From Verrucomicrobiota bacterium (GTDB lineage: Bacteria; Verrucomicrobiota; Verrucomicrobiia; Limisphaerales; CANJSG01): a stretch of 64,000 nt of DNA. Shown here piece after piece: positions 40,660-51,557 of this stretch (position 1 is its first letter; each line of letters starts with the position of its first letter). The stretch covers positions 19,176 through 83,175 of the forward strand of contig JBBQXJ010000006.1 of NCBI GenBank assembly GCA_038209745.1, in the 5' to 3' direction. The translations under genes and the position numbers were made by a program. Under the pieces are notes generated by a model, which saw only the letters and a program-made list of their open reading frames with translations, ran no database searches and had not been told where the DNA came from.

Positions 40660-41766
40660 ATGAAACTCCCCGTGGTCGCTTTCACGCTCCTTCTAAGCAC
40701 CGTCTTCACCATGTCCGCCGCCGAACTCCGCCCACAGACGCCCAACACCCGCTCACCCGAGATCGCTTCCGATGGCAAAGTCACCTTCCGGCTGATGGCG
40801 CCCAAAGCCGACGCGGTCGCCGTCCAGGGCCAATGGCCCAACGGCCGGACCCCGCTCACAAAAGGTTCGGACGGCGTCTGGAGCGCCACGGTCGCCAGCG
40901 TCCCGGCGGGCGTCTGGGAATACAGTCTCAACGTCGACGGCCTCACCATGATCGATCCCGGCAATCCGGCCGTGAAACCGCAGCGCACACCCAATACGAG
41001 CATTCTCCAGATTGCCGGAAATCCACCCTTGATCTTCGACTTCCGCGACGTCCCCCACGGCGTGGTCCGCAGCCATGATTACATTTCCAAATCCGTCGGC
41101 CGCGTCCGCCCACTCTCCGTCTACACACCGCCGGGCTACGACCAGAAGACGCGCACCAAGTATCCCGTCCTCTTCCTCCAGCACGGCATGGGTGACAACC
41201 AGGCCACTTGGACCGTCCACGGCAAGGCGCATTGGATCCTCGACAATCTGATCGCCGAGAAGAAGTGCGTCCCGATGATCGTCGTCATGATGGACGGGCA
41301 CGCTTTTGTCGGCGACGCCGGTGCCGGCGGCTTCGGCAAAAACACCGCACTGATGGAGCGCGACCTGATCGAGGATGTGATGCCGTATGTCGAGGCCAAC
41401 TACCGGGTGAAGTCCGGCGCCGCCAATCGCGCCATCGTCGGCCTCAGCATGGGCGGCGGACATTCCCTCACCATCGGGCTCCACCACACGGATCTTTTCG
41501 GCTACGTCGGAGCCTTCAGCGCCGCCACGCCCCAACCCAAGGAGGTCGCCGCCGCCCTCGACGACGCCCGGCTCACCAACAAATGCCTGAAGCTCCTCTG
41601 GATCGGAATCGGGAAAAACGACTTCCTCCTCCAGATGAACACCGCCTTCGAGGCGACCCTCACCGACAAGGGCATCCGCCACGAATACCACCTGACCGAG
41701 GGCACCCATAGCTGGCCGATCTGGCGCGGGTATCTGGCGGATTTCGCACCTCGCCTGTTTCAGTGA
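40660..41766 (+). CDS. Secreted carbohydrate esterase (CE1/Fes-like) with N-terminal Ig-like domain
   Basis: Signal peptide, VTFRLMAP, VYTPPGY, HGMGD, GLSMGG nucleophile elbow, GTHSWPIW. Confidence 0.88.
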   Translation: MKLPVVAFTLLLSTVFTMSAAELRPQTPNTRSPEIASDGKVTFRLMAPKADAVAVQGQWPNGRTPLTKGSDGVWSATVASVPAGVWEYSLNVDGLTMIDPGNPAVKPQRTPNTSILQIAGNPPLIFDFRDVPHGVVRSHDYISKSVGRVRPLSVYTPPGYDQKTRTKYPVLFLQHGMGDNQATWTVHGKAHWILDNLIAEKKCVPMIVVMMDGHAFVGDAGAGGFGKNTALMERDLIEDVMPYVEANYRVKSGAANRAIVGLSMGGGHSLTIGLHHTDLFGYVGAFSAATPQPKEVAAALDDARLTNKCLKLLWIGIGKNDFLLQMNTAFEATLTDKGIRHEYHLTEGTHSWPIWRGYLADFAPRLFQ

Positions 41767-42506
41767 AATCCGCCCTGCGCCTGGTCCGACGGATCCTCGG
41801 AGCCGCTCCGGAATCGCCGATGTCGTCCCTGCTCCTGGGAAATGGCGATTCCGTCCCATTGGTCTTTGTCCGAAATATCCTCGCTCGCCGCTACGTCCTC
41901 CGGCTTCGGCCGGATCGCTCTGCACGCGTCACTGTTCCCAGGGGCGGATCGCTCGTGGAAGCCCGCCGATTCGTGGAACGGCAACGCGGCTGGCTGGAGC
42001 GCCAGATCCAAGGGCTCTCACAGCGGGTGACGGAACCCCGGGCTTGGTTGGCGGGCACTTCGATTTTGTTCAGGGGCGAACCCGCGGTCCTCCACACCGG
42101 TACAGCGGCCCAGACGATCCAGTTCGCCGACCAGTCCGTCGCCGCGCCGGCATCCCCAGAAGATCTACGCCCGGCTGTCGAGCGGCACCTGTGGGTTCTC
42201 GCCGCCCGCGAGCTGCCGCCACGCGTGTTGGAACTGGCCGCAGAGCAAGGACTAAGGGTGAACCGGGTCACCGTCCGCAACCAGCGGTCCCGCTGGGGAT
42301 CCTGCTCCCGCCACGCCACCATTTCCCTGAACTGGCGGATCCTCCAAGCGCCCACCCATGTCCGCGACTACCTCATCCTCCACGAGCTCATGCACCTAAG
42401 ACAGATGAACCATTCGGCCAAATACTGGAAAGAAGTGGCCAATGCCTGCCCCGACTACCTCAAGGCCGAGCTCTGGCTTAAAGAGCACAACCACCTGCTT
42501 CGCTGA
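41763..42506 (+). CDS. YgjP/DUF45 (M48/SprT-like) metallopeptidase
   Basis: QRSRWGSCS, LNWRI, DYLILHELMHL..MNHS..YW. Start GTG 41763 or ATG 41820. Confidence 0.88.
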   Translation: MKSALRLVRRILGAAPESPMSSLLLGNGDSVPLVFVRNILARRYVLRLRPDRSARVTVPRGGSLVEARRFVERQRGWLERQIQGLSQRVTEPRAWLAGTSILFRGEPAVLHTGTAAQTIQFADQSVAAPASPEDLRPAVERHLWVLAARELPPRVLELAAEQGLRVNRVTVRNQRSRWGSCSRHATISLNWRILQAPTHVRDYLILHELMHLRQMNHSAKYWKEVANACPDYLKAELWLKEHNHLLR

Positions 42507-42611
42507 ATCCATGGTGCCACATCCGGAGCCAGAATCACGAAAGCGCGCTTCTGGACTCAAATCGGGATTGCGCCCCGCACCTCGGACAGGGCAAAGTCTG
42601 CGGCCCGGGTT

Positions 42612-42688
42612 CGGAACGTAGCTCAGCCTGGTAGAGCACCTGCTTTGGGAGCAGGACGTCGCAGGTTCAAATCCTGTCGTTCCGACCA
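42612..42688 (+). tRNA. tRNA-Pro(TGG)
   Basis: CGGAACGTAGCTCAGCCTGGTAGAGCA-CCTGC-TTTGGGA-GCAGG…GGTTCAAATCC…TTCCGACCA, 77 nt. Confidence 0.96.
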
Positions 42689-43001
42689 CTTCGCTTCTTT
42701 GGATTCCTCTCCGTTTTTCACGCCTGCCTCCCTTCCAACCCGGTCACCGGACGAACCGGCTCCGCAGCCGTTTTTCGGCAGGGAAGCACTGATTTAATCG
42801 GCAGTCTGAAAGTGCGGCATCATTCTCCACGCGGGGTCGATCCATTGCCGCGGAGCCCCTGGGTGCCGCCGAGAGGCGTCGGCGCTCGGCGGCGAGCCCG
42901 GAGTCCCGGCGGCTTCTTCGGCGCCGCTCCTACTCGCACAGCCCTTGGCTCAACTTTCGGGGAGCACGCCACCGCCTGATAGCCGCTCTGCTTGGATCGA
43001 G

Positions 43002-43037
43002 AAAAAAGGCGGACGACCTTTTGATCGTCCGCCTTTT
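43002..43037. terminator. Bidirectional rho-independent terminator downstream of ahcY
   Basis: AAAAAAGGCGGACGA-loop-TCGTCCGCCTTTT. Confidence 0.85.
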
Positions 43038-43075
43038 GATGTTTGGACTCAGTGGCGGCGCATCCCTACCCGAGA

Positions 43076-44578
<1,503 letters not shown>

Positions 44579-44618
44579 AATGTTCAGTTCAATGGTTCTA
44601 AAAAGGTTCGGACAGTTT

Positions 44619-44880
44619 TCAGGGATGCGGGTCGATCTTTCCGGGAGGAACGGATTGGCGGGCGTTGTCCCAGGCGGCCATGAGTTTCTCACGATGCTGT
44701 GAGGCCCATTCCACCACCAGTCCCTGCGCTCTCCGGGAAATCTTTCCCTCGGTCATCTGCAACGTGCGGATGTCGGACACGACTTTGTCCCCTTCATACG
44801 AGGCATGGAAATTGGAGCGGCGCGTGGTCGTTGTAATAGAATATGGTGGAAATTCAGTTGAAGCGGCTGACTTCAGGCAT
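44619..44880 (-). pseudogene. DUF4160-family gene (toxin-like) with premature stop and frameshift
   Basis: Reads MPEVSRFN*ISTIFYYNDHAP, then after a 1-nt shift [52 protein letters not shown], matching the DUF4160 pattern. Confidence 0.8.
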
Positions 44881-45157
44881 GGGCGGCCTCTGCACGCCAG
44901 TTCGGGAAGATCTCCCGCACCGTCTTGCCCGTGAGCTGCATGTAGAGCTGGTCGGGGCAAAGGTCGATGTCTTTCTCCAATTCCGCCGCGCCCATGCTGC
45001 TGACATGGACGCGGACGAAGTGGGAGGGGTCGTTCCAGGCGGCGAAGACTCCTTTCCCGGCCGGGGGCGACAGATCCACGACACCTTCCACTCCGTCGTT
45101 GAAACGAAGCTGGAGGCGGTGGCCGTCGAGGGCCTGGACGAGAACGAGCCGCTTCAT
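44873..45157 (-). CDS. DUF2442-domain protein
   Basis: V.ALDGHRLQLRFNDGVEGVVDL..GVFA..D..F..V…DIDLCPDQLY. Overlaps the DUF4160 start. Confidence 0.85.
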   Translation of the reverse strand: MKRLVLVQALDGHRLQLRFNDGVEGVVDLSPPAGKGVFAAWNDPSHFVRVHVSSMGAAELEKDIDLCPDQLYMQLTGKTVREIFPNWRAEAAHA

Positions 45158-45162
45158 GGCGT

Positions 45163-46344
45163 CTACTTAACAGCCTTTTTGAGGGCCGCAACCTTGTCGG
45201 TCTTTTCCCAGGTCAGATCGGCGTCGTCCTTGCCGAAGTGGCCGTAGTTCGTGGTCTTGCTGTAGATCGGGCGGAGCAGGTTGAGCGCCTTGACGATGTC
45301 GGCGGGCTTGAAGCTGAAGACGGCTTCCACAGCCTCGGTGATGGCCGCTTCGGTCAGCCCACCCTGCTCGGTGCCGAAGGTGCTGACGTAGACGCTGACG
45401 GGGTTCGGATAACCGATGGCGTAGGCGAACTGCACTTCGCAGTGCGTGGCCAGGCCGGCGGCGACGACGTTTTTCGCGACGTAGCGGCCCATGTAGGCGG
45501 CGCTGCGGTCGACCTTCGACGGATCCTTGCCGGAGAAGGCGCCGCCACCGTGACGGCCCCAGCCGCCGTAGGTGTCCACGATGATCTTGCGACCGGTGAG
45601 ACCGCTGTCGCCCTGGGGACCACCGATGACGAAACGGCCGGTCGGATTGATCAGGAACTCGGTCTTCGCCGTGAACATGCTCTTCGGAAGGACCTTCTTG
45701 ATCACTTCCTCGATGCAGAACTCCTCGATCTCGGAGTGCTCGACGCTCGCGGCGTGCTGCGTGGAGATGACCACGTTGGAAATGGAGACCGGCTTGTTGT
45801 CCTCATAGACCACGGAGACCTGCGTCTTCGCGTCGGGCCGGAGCCAAGGAGCCTTCTTCCCGGCCTTGCGGATCTTCGTCAGCTCGCGGCCCAAACGATG
45901 CGCGAACATGATCGGCGTGGGCATGAGTTCGGGAGTCTCGTTGCACGCGTAGCCGAACATCAGGCCCTGGTCGCCGGCGCCCTGCTCGGCGGTCTTCTTG
46001 CCCTTGGCCTTCTTCGCGTCGACGCCCTGGGAAATGTCGGGACTCTGCGCGGTCAGGTAGTTGTTGATAAAGAGCGTGTCGGCGTGGAACACGTCGTCGT
46101 TGTTCACGTAGCCGATGCCACGGACCGCTTCGCGGATGACGTGGTTGTAGTCGAACTTGGCCTTGGTGGTGATCTCGCCACCGACCACGACAATGTTGCT
46201 CTTCACGAAGGTCTCGCAGGCGACGCGGCTGAATTTGTCCTGCGCCAAGCAGGCGTCGAGGATCGCGTCCGAGATGGTGTCGGCAACTTTGTCCGGATGG
46301 CCTTCGCCGACGGACTCCGAAGAGAAGATGAATCGTTTGCTCAT
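45163..46344 (-). CDS. metK: S-adenosylmethionine synthase
   Basis: [51 protein letters not shown]. Confidence 0.98.
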   Translation of the reverse strand: MSKRFIFSSESVGEGHPDKVADTISDAILDACLAQDKFSRVACETFVKSNIVVVGGEITTKAKFDYNHVIREAVRGIGYVNNDDVFHADTLFINNYLTAQSPDISQGVDAKKAKGKKTAEQGAGDQGLMFGYACNETPELMPTPIMFAHRLGRELTKIRKAGKKAPWLRPDAKTQVSVVYEDNKPVSISNVVISTQHAASVEHSEIEEFCIEEVIKKVLPKSMFTAKTEFLINPTGRFVIGGPQGDSGLTGRKIIVDTYGGWGRHGGGAFSGKDPSKVDRSAAYMGRYVAKNVVAAGLATHCEVQFAYAIGYPNPVSVYVSTFGTEQGGLTEAAITEAVEAVFSFKPADIVKALNLLRPIYSKTTNYGHFGKDDADLTWEKTDKVAALKKAVK

Positions 46345-46388
46345 TTAATGTCGTGGATAGATCGGTCGTTCAAAGGAACATATTGACG

Positions 46389-46428
46389 TATCAAGATGGG
46401 ACGATAAGAACATTGTCCAGCCGGTCAA
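46389..46428 (-). promoter_or_regulatory. Putative metK sigma70 promoter overlapped by an imperfect palindrome (candidate SahR-type operator)
   Basis: Minus strand TTGACC-16 nt-TATCGT. The plus-strand TATCAAGATGGGACGATA (46389-46406) has TATC/GATA inverted ends. Confidence 0.5.
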
Positions 46429-46465
46429 CGGAGAAGTTCCGAAAGTTTGCACTCCAATTCCCAGA

Positions 46466-48172
46466 ATGTCCGCCACGCTCAAATTCCTCCGCGCCCTTGC
46501 CGAACCCACGCGCCTCCGTTCGATTGTTCTCCTTTCCGCGTGCGTAATCGGCTCCTCCGCATTTGCGGCGGACCATGGCTATGTCTCAACCGTCAACCCG
46601 ATCGCGACCCGGGCCGGACTCGATGCCCTGAAGGCCGGCGGCAACGCGGTCGACGCCGCCATCGCCGCAGCCGTCACGCTGGGCGTCGTCGACGGATACA
46701 ACTCGGGACTGGGCGGTGGGTGTTTCCTGCTGCTCCGCCTGGCCGACGGCCGCGTTGTCGCCATCGATGGACGCGAGACGGCACCGGCGGCCGCGACGAG
46801 GGACATGTTCCTGCGCGACGGCAAGGCCGACACGGATCTCAGCCAGACCGGGCCGTTGGCCGCCGGAGTTCCGGGACAACTCGCAGCCCTGACCTATGCC
46901 TCCAGCCACTTCGGCAAGCTGCCACTGCGGCGACTCCTGGAACCGGCCGCGTTGATTGCGCAACAGGGCTTCATCGTGGACGGCACCTACGCCCGGCATC
47001 TCGCCGACGAAGCCGCGGACCTGCGGAAGTTTCCCGCCAGCAGCGCCCTGCTGTTGAATCCCGATGGCACCGTGCCCAAGGAAGGCGACCGTTTGAGGCT
47101 GACCGATCTTGCGCTCAGTCTTCGGGCGATCGGTGAAAATGGCGCAGGCTGGTTCTACACCGGCGCCTTCGCCCGGCTGACCGACACTTGGATGCGGGGC
47201 CACGGCGGACTGTTGACGACGAATGATTTTGCCGCGTATCGGCCCATCGTCCGCGAACCCATCCGCACGACCTATCGCGGCTACGAGATCATTGGATTTC
47301 CGCCGCCCAGCTCTGGCGGCGTCCACGTGGGGCAGATCCTGAACATCCTCGAACACTTCGATCTGAAGGCCATGGGAGACGGATCCGCCGACTTCGTCCA
47401 TGTGGTGACCGAAGCGATGAAGCTGGCCTTTGCCGATCGGGCGCATTGGCTGGGGGATCCGGATTTCGCGCCGGTGCCCCGGGGCCTCGTTTCCGGGGAT
47501 TATGCAGCCCGGCTCGCGAAACGCATTTCCATGACGCGCGCCACTCCGGTGCCAACCCACGGCGAGCCGCCCGATTCGACGAGCGACGTCTTCAAGAAAC
47601 ACACCACCCACTTCTCGACGGCCGATGCCGCCGGCAACTGGGTGGCCTGCACTTCGACCATCAACACCAGCTTCGGATCCAAGGTCGTCGTGCCCGGCAC
47701 CGGCATCGTGCTCAACAACGAGATGGACGACTTCTCGGCCCAGCCCGGAGTCGCCAACTACTTCGGGCTCGTCGGTGCGGAGGCCAACGCGGTCGCTCCC
47801 GGCAAACGGCCCCTCTCCAGCATGAGCCCGACGATCGTGTTGAAGGGCGGGAAGCCGATTCTCACGGTCGGAGGCGCGGGCGGGCCGACCATCATCTCGC
47901 AGACGTTGCTCACGATCATACGGACGATCGATTTCGGCATGGACCCGAAGGCCGCCTTGGCCGCGCCGCGCTTCCACCACCAATGGCGGCCCGATCAACT
48001 GCGGGTCGAAGATTCGCTGCCCGCCGCCGTCGTGACGGAGCTGGAGAAGCGGGGCCACACGGTCGTCCGCGTCGGGACCATCGGCGTCAGCCAAGCGATC
48101 AGTATGTCGGCCACGGGCGCCTTCGACGGAGCCTCCGATCCCCGGGTCAATGGACTGGCCGAAGGCTATTGA
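46466..48172 (+). CDS. ggt: Gamma-glutamyltransferase
   Basis: GGNAVDAAIA, SGLGGG, IDGRETAP, PPPSSGG, HTTHFS (Thr nucleophile), LNNEMDDF, PLSSMSP, DPR. Confidence 0.96.
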   Translation: MSATLKFLRALAEPTRLRSIVLLSACVIGSSAFAADHGYVSTVNPIATRAGLDALKAGGNAVDAAIAAAVTLGVVDGYNSGLGGGCFLLLRLADGRVVAIDGRETAPAAATRDMFLRDGKADTDLSQTGPLAAGVPGQLAALTYASSHFGKLPLRRLLEPAALIAQQGFIVDGTYARHLADEAADLRKFPASSALLLNPDGTVPKEGDRLRLTDLALSLRAIGENGAGWFYTGAFARLTDTWMRGHGGLLTTNDFAAYRPIVREPIRTTYRGYEIIGFPPPSSGGVHVGQILNILEHFDLKAMGDGSADFVHVVTEAMKLAFADRAHWLGDPDFAPVPRGLVSGDYAARLAKRISMTRATPVPTHGEPPDSTSDVFKKHTTHFSTADAAGNWVACTSTINTSFGSKVVVPGTGIVLNNEMDDFSAQPGVANYFGLVGAEANAVAPGKRPLSSMSPTIVLKGGKPILTVGGAGGPTIISQTLLTIIRTIDFGMDPKAALAAPRFHHQWRPDQLRVEDSLPAAVVTELEKRGHTVVRVGTIGVSQAISMSATGAFDGASDPRVNGLAEGY

Positions 48173-48270
48173 CCCCCCGCGCCGACCCAAAGACATCCGG
48201 CCCAGAAACGATTCCTCATGTCCGCCACGCTCAAATCCCTCCGCGCCCTCGCCGATCCCACGCGCCTCCG
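46466..48270 (+). repeat. 53-bp direct repeat (46466-46518 and 48218-48270) forming the 5' ends of ggt and the ArsR regulator
   Basis: 50/53 identical by direct comparison. Encodes MSATLKFLRALAEPTRLR versus MSATLKSLRALADPTRLR. Confidence 0.9.
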
Positions 48271-49147
48271 CATCGTCGCGCTGCTGGAGAAGGACGAAAT
48301 CTCCGTCAACGAACTCCAGGAGATCACCTGCCTCGGCCAGTCGCGCATCTCGACCCATCTCGGCCTGCTCGCCGAGACGGGCATCGTCCAGTCGCGGCGC
48401 GACGGCAAGCGCACCTTCTACCGGATCAGCGTCCACCCCGACGCGCACGTCCGAGAATTCATCCAAGTGGCCATGCGCGGCGCCAAGGAGCTTCCGGAAC
48501 ACGCCGCCGACCACGCCAATCTGAAGCGTGTCCTCGCCCGGCGGAACGAGCAGGCGCAGGTCTACTTCAACCAGGTAGCCGGCCGCTTCGACCGGAGCTA
48601 CGGCCCGGGTCGATCATGGGAAGCCTTCGGCCATCTCCTCCTCCGGATGCTGCCTCCGATCACCGTAGCGGATCTGGGTTCGGGCGAAGGCCTGTTGAGC
48701 GAGTTGCTGGCCCGCAGCTGCGCCAAAGTCATCGCCGTGGACAACTCGGAGAAGATGGTCGAGTTCGGCGCGAAGAAGGCGAAGAAGAACGGCCTTAAGA
48801 ACCTTGAATTCCGTCTGGGCGACCTCGAAAACCCGCCCATCGACGCCGCCTCGGTCGATCTGGTCATCCTTAGCCAGGCGCTGCACCACGCGGCCGATCC
48901 GGCCGCCGCCATCCGCGCGACCGCCCGCATCCTGAAGCCGGGAGGACAGGTCATGATCCTCGACCTGCTGAAGCACCGGTTCGACCGGGCGAAGGAGCTC
49001 TACGGCGATCACTGGCTCGGGTTCACCGAGAGCGACCTGCACCACTGGTTGGAGGGGGCGGGATTCAAGAAGATCGAGGTCTCGGTCGTGGCTCGCGAAG
49101 AGGAAGAGCCCAACTTCGAGACCCTGCTCGCGACCGGCCTGCGTTGA
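48218..49147 (+). CDS. ArsR-family HTH fused to methyltransferase domain (SahR-like SAM-cycle regulator)
   Basis: LADPTRLRIV..QSRISTHL..RRDGK HTH, then VADLGSGEG, VDNS, LHHA, LKPGG. Divergent from metK-ahcY. Confidence 0.88.
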   Translation: MSATLKSLRALADPTRLRIVALLEKDEISVNELQEITCLGQSRISTHLGLLAETGIVQSRRDGKRTFYRISVHPDAHVREFIQVAMRGAKELPEHAADHANLKRVLARRNEQAQVYFNQVAGRFDRSYGPGRSWEAFGHLLLRMLPPITVADLGSGEGLLSELLARSCAKVIAVDNSEKMVEFGAKKAKKNGLKNLEFRLGDLENPPIDAASVDLVILSQALHHAADPAAAIRATARILKPGGQVMILDLLKHRFDRAKELYGDHWLGFTESDLHHWLEGAGFKKIEVSVVAREEEEPNFETLLATGLR

Positions 49148-49156
49148 TGGAGAAAG

Positions 49157-49179
49157 AAAAAGCGCGGCCGGAGCCGCGC
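49157..49179 (-). terminator. Putative terminator between convergent regulator and thioredoxin genes
   Basis: AAAAA-GCGCGGC-CGGA-GCCGCGC, giving a hairpin plus U-tract on the minus strand. Confidence 0.6.
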
Positions 49180-49199
49180 CTCGAAATACTGCCGCCAGG

Positions 49200-49664
49200 T
49201 TACAGCTTGTTCTTCACGCCGCCCTTGCTCTTGGCCTTCTCCATCGCGGCGATGAACGCCTTGGGGCCGCCTTCAAGATAGCCGACCTGCTTCCACACGA
49301 CCTTCCCGTCGGCGTCGGCCATGATGATCGTCGGAAAGCCGGAGATGTCGTGTTTCTCCTTCAGCTCCTGGTTCTGCTTCTTGACCGCGTCCGTCTGCGG
49401 TTTGGCGTTCGGATAATCCAGTTCCAGCAGCACGAGGTTCTTCTCGGCGTAGTCCTTGAACTCCTTCTGGGAGAAGACTTCCTTGTTCAGTTCGACGCAC
49501 CAGCCGCACCAGTCGGAGCCGGTGAAGTCCATCAAGACGAGTTTGCCATCCTTCTTCGCCTTCGCCATCGAGGCCTTGGCATCGGTGGACCAGTCTTTCC
49601 CGCCGGCGAAGGCGGAGCCCGTGACAAAAGCGGCGAGCGTGAGCAGTAGAGCGAGTCTTTTCAT
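49200..49664 (-). CDS. Exported thioredoxin-family protein
   Basis: Signal peptide, DFTGSDWCGWC, ELDYP, GFPT. Confidence 0.9.
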   Translation of the reverse strand: MKRLALLLTLAAFVTGSAFAGGKDWSTDAKASMAKAKKDGKLVLMDFTGSDWCGWCVELNKEVFSQKEFKDYAEKNLVLLELDYPNAKPQTDAVKKQNQELKEKHDISGFPTIIMADADGKVVWKQVGYLEGGPKAFIAAMEKAKSKGGVKNKL

Positions 49665-49754
49665 GGCAGTGGAGTCGTTGTTGTTTTCCTCGAACCTGAA
49701 AAGAGAGTCACTCCGCTTTTACCCCTTGGCAAATCGCGTGTTCAAGTCGGTCCC

Positions 49755-51341
49755 TCAGGGCCATCGCTCGATCCCGATGATCGGCAGCGCGAAGCGGAAA
49801 GCCTCTTCCCAGTCGGGCGTGTCCGCCGCTTTGAAGACTTCGTAGATCTTCTTCTTGGCCAAAGGCGCAGCGGCGTGCGGCCCATTCGGATCCCGCGACC
49901 ACAAGCCCAGGCGGAGTCCACCCTCCTGCCCATGGTCGACGTGGCGATGCAGGATGAAACTGTCGATCCCCGGCTCCTTCTCGACCAACCGATAGGCATA
50001 AGCGTAGGCCGCAGCCTGGACTGCCTCGCCTTCCGGACCGTCCGGCGTGTGGAAACCCTGTTCGGAGAGAATGACCCGCCGGGGCTGGCCGTCGTAACGC
50101 ATTTCCGTTTGGCCCAGGAAGGCGGTCAGTTGCGGGAGATTCTTGAAGGTGATGCGTCGCGTGTCCGGGGAATCGGTCGCCGACTTGTCGTTCCAAAAGC
50201 GCGGTTCGAAGAGGTTTTCGGGATACGGATGGAAGGCGACGTTCCAGCCGAAGTCGCCTCCCACCCGGCTCAGTCGCTCGAATTCTTCGAGGAACGGCAG
50301 CGCCGCGAAGCTCTGCTCGGGAGAGCCGGCCGGATAGCGGATGTTCCAATGATGCTCCAAGGAGACATAGACCCGACTCGCCGGAGCGAACCGCTGCACC
50401 GCGGTCCACGTGGCCCGCACCGTCCGCGCATAATCGGCGGCGAAGGTCGCCATCGAGACGCGCCCCATGTTCGCCCAATACCAGTGCGAATTCACCTCGT
50501 TGCCGACGATGAAGTTCACCGCCCTGCCATGCTTCCGGTCAGGACGCGAGTAGCGGGCCGCCAGAAACTCCACGGCCGCCCGGTAGTAGAGGAATCCCTC
50601 CGGCGTGGACGTGTTGAAGGCGCTCAGGTGATTCGGAGCGGAGCGATCGTAGCCGGGGTGCAGCATGATGCGATCAAGCGCGGCATCCCCGGATTCGTAA
50701 TAGAGCAGAATCAGGGAGACGACCATGCCCGCGTCGGAGAGCGGTTTCACTTGGCTGTCCAACCGCTCCACGGCCGGTTTGGACAGATGCACCGTGGTCC
50801 CGTCCACGATCCACGGCAGCGTGTCCGGACCCGTTCCCGTGGTGACGAGGCTGTTGAAGGAGACGTTCAAAGCCGCGTGCTTCACCCCCAGCGCGATGGC
50901 GTCGTCCACCATCTGTACCTGCAAGCCCTTTTTGCTGGCGACGACCGGGAAAGGCTCGTTCCACGGCGAAACGCCCTCGAAACGCTCGACGAAACGCGGC
51001 GCACCCCCCGTCGAGCGATCCCCGCCTCGCGCCAAAACGAATCCGGAATAGAGCCGATCCCGCGCCCCATCCATTCGAGGAACCAGGATTCTAAATGGCC
51101 GGCCCGCTCGAAGCGTCGCCACCGGCCTGGATTCGCTCGAAACGACTGTCCGCTCCCAAGACGACACCTCGAACAGCGTGTGTGCCGTCGCCGGCGCCTC
51201 TCCGGAAACGACGATGTCCAGCGCGGTCGCGGTGACATTTGTGATCTCGGCGTGGGACACCCCCGCCGTCGCCAGCAGGACGACGACTCCAAAACCAATC
51301 CAGAAAGTGACTTTGAACCGCCCAATTAGAAACGCAGACAT
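49755..51341 (-). CDS. DUF5722-domain protein (putative glycoside hydrolase)
   Basis: Signal peptide, SKKGLQ, LGVKHA, IVGNEVN, AFHPYP, ITFKN, ILSEQGF. NE and SE residues resemble clan GH-A catalytic glutamates. Confidence 0.7.
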   Translation of the reverse strand: MSAFLIGRFKVTFWIGFGVVVLLATAGVSHAEITNVTATALDIVVSGEAPATAHTLFEVSSWERTVVSSESRPVATLRAGRPFRILVPRMDGARDRLYSGFVLARGGDRSTGGAPRFVERFEGVSPWNEPFPVVASKKGLQVQMVDDAIALGVKHAALNVSFNSLVTTGTGPDTLPWIVDGTTVHLSKPAVERLDSQVKPLSDAGMVVSLILLYYESGDAALDRIMLHPGYDRSAPNHLSAFNTSTPEGFLYYRAAVEFLAARYSRPDRKHGRAVNFIVGNEVNSHWYWANMGRVSMATFAADYARTVRATWTAVQRFAPASRVYVSLEHHWNIRYPAGSPEQSFAALPFLEEFERLSRVGGDFGWNVAFHPYPENLFEPRFWNDKSATDSPDTRRITFKNLPQLTAFLGQTEMRYDGQPRRVILSEQGFHTPDGPEGEAVQAAAYAYAYRLVEKEPGIDSFILHRHVDHGQEGGLRLGLWSRDPNGPHAAAPLAKKKIYEVFKAADTPDWEEAFRFALPIIGIERWP

Positions 51342-51557
51342 GACGCTGTGCGACGTGGTTTTGGAGCACCGCATTCACCCGCAATCACCCGACTCCAGTT
51401 CCTCCGGTTCTCGATGAGCCGGCTTCAGGCAAACAGTCGTTCCTGTTCCGAGGGGCTATCACCGCTGATAGCGGCCAAGATGATCGCCGGACGTCGGGCC
51501 GGTGGTTTGGCGGAAGGAGCGCGGCAGTGGCTCCGATCGGTGAACCCGGTTTCGTAG

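Noticed and set aside
39208..41766. 852-aa ORF as one large protein
   Set aside because: The first ~480 codons are the antisense shadow of the GH1 gene. The real esterase begins at ATG 40660 with a signal peptide.
44579..46465. SAM or SAH riboswitch ahead of metK or ahcY
   Set aside because: No recognisable riboswitch core. The ahcY upstream region is the DUF4160 pseudogene, and a protein regulator is adjacent.
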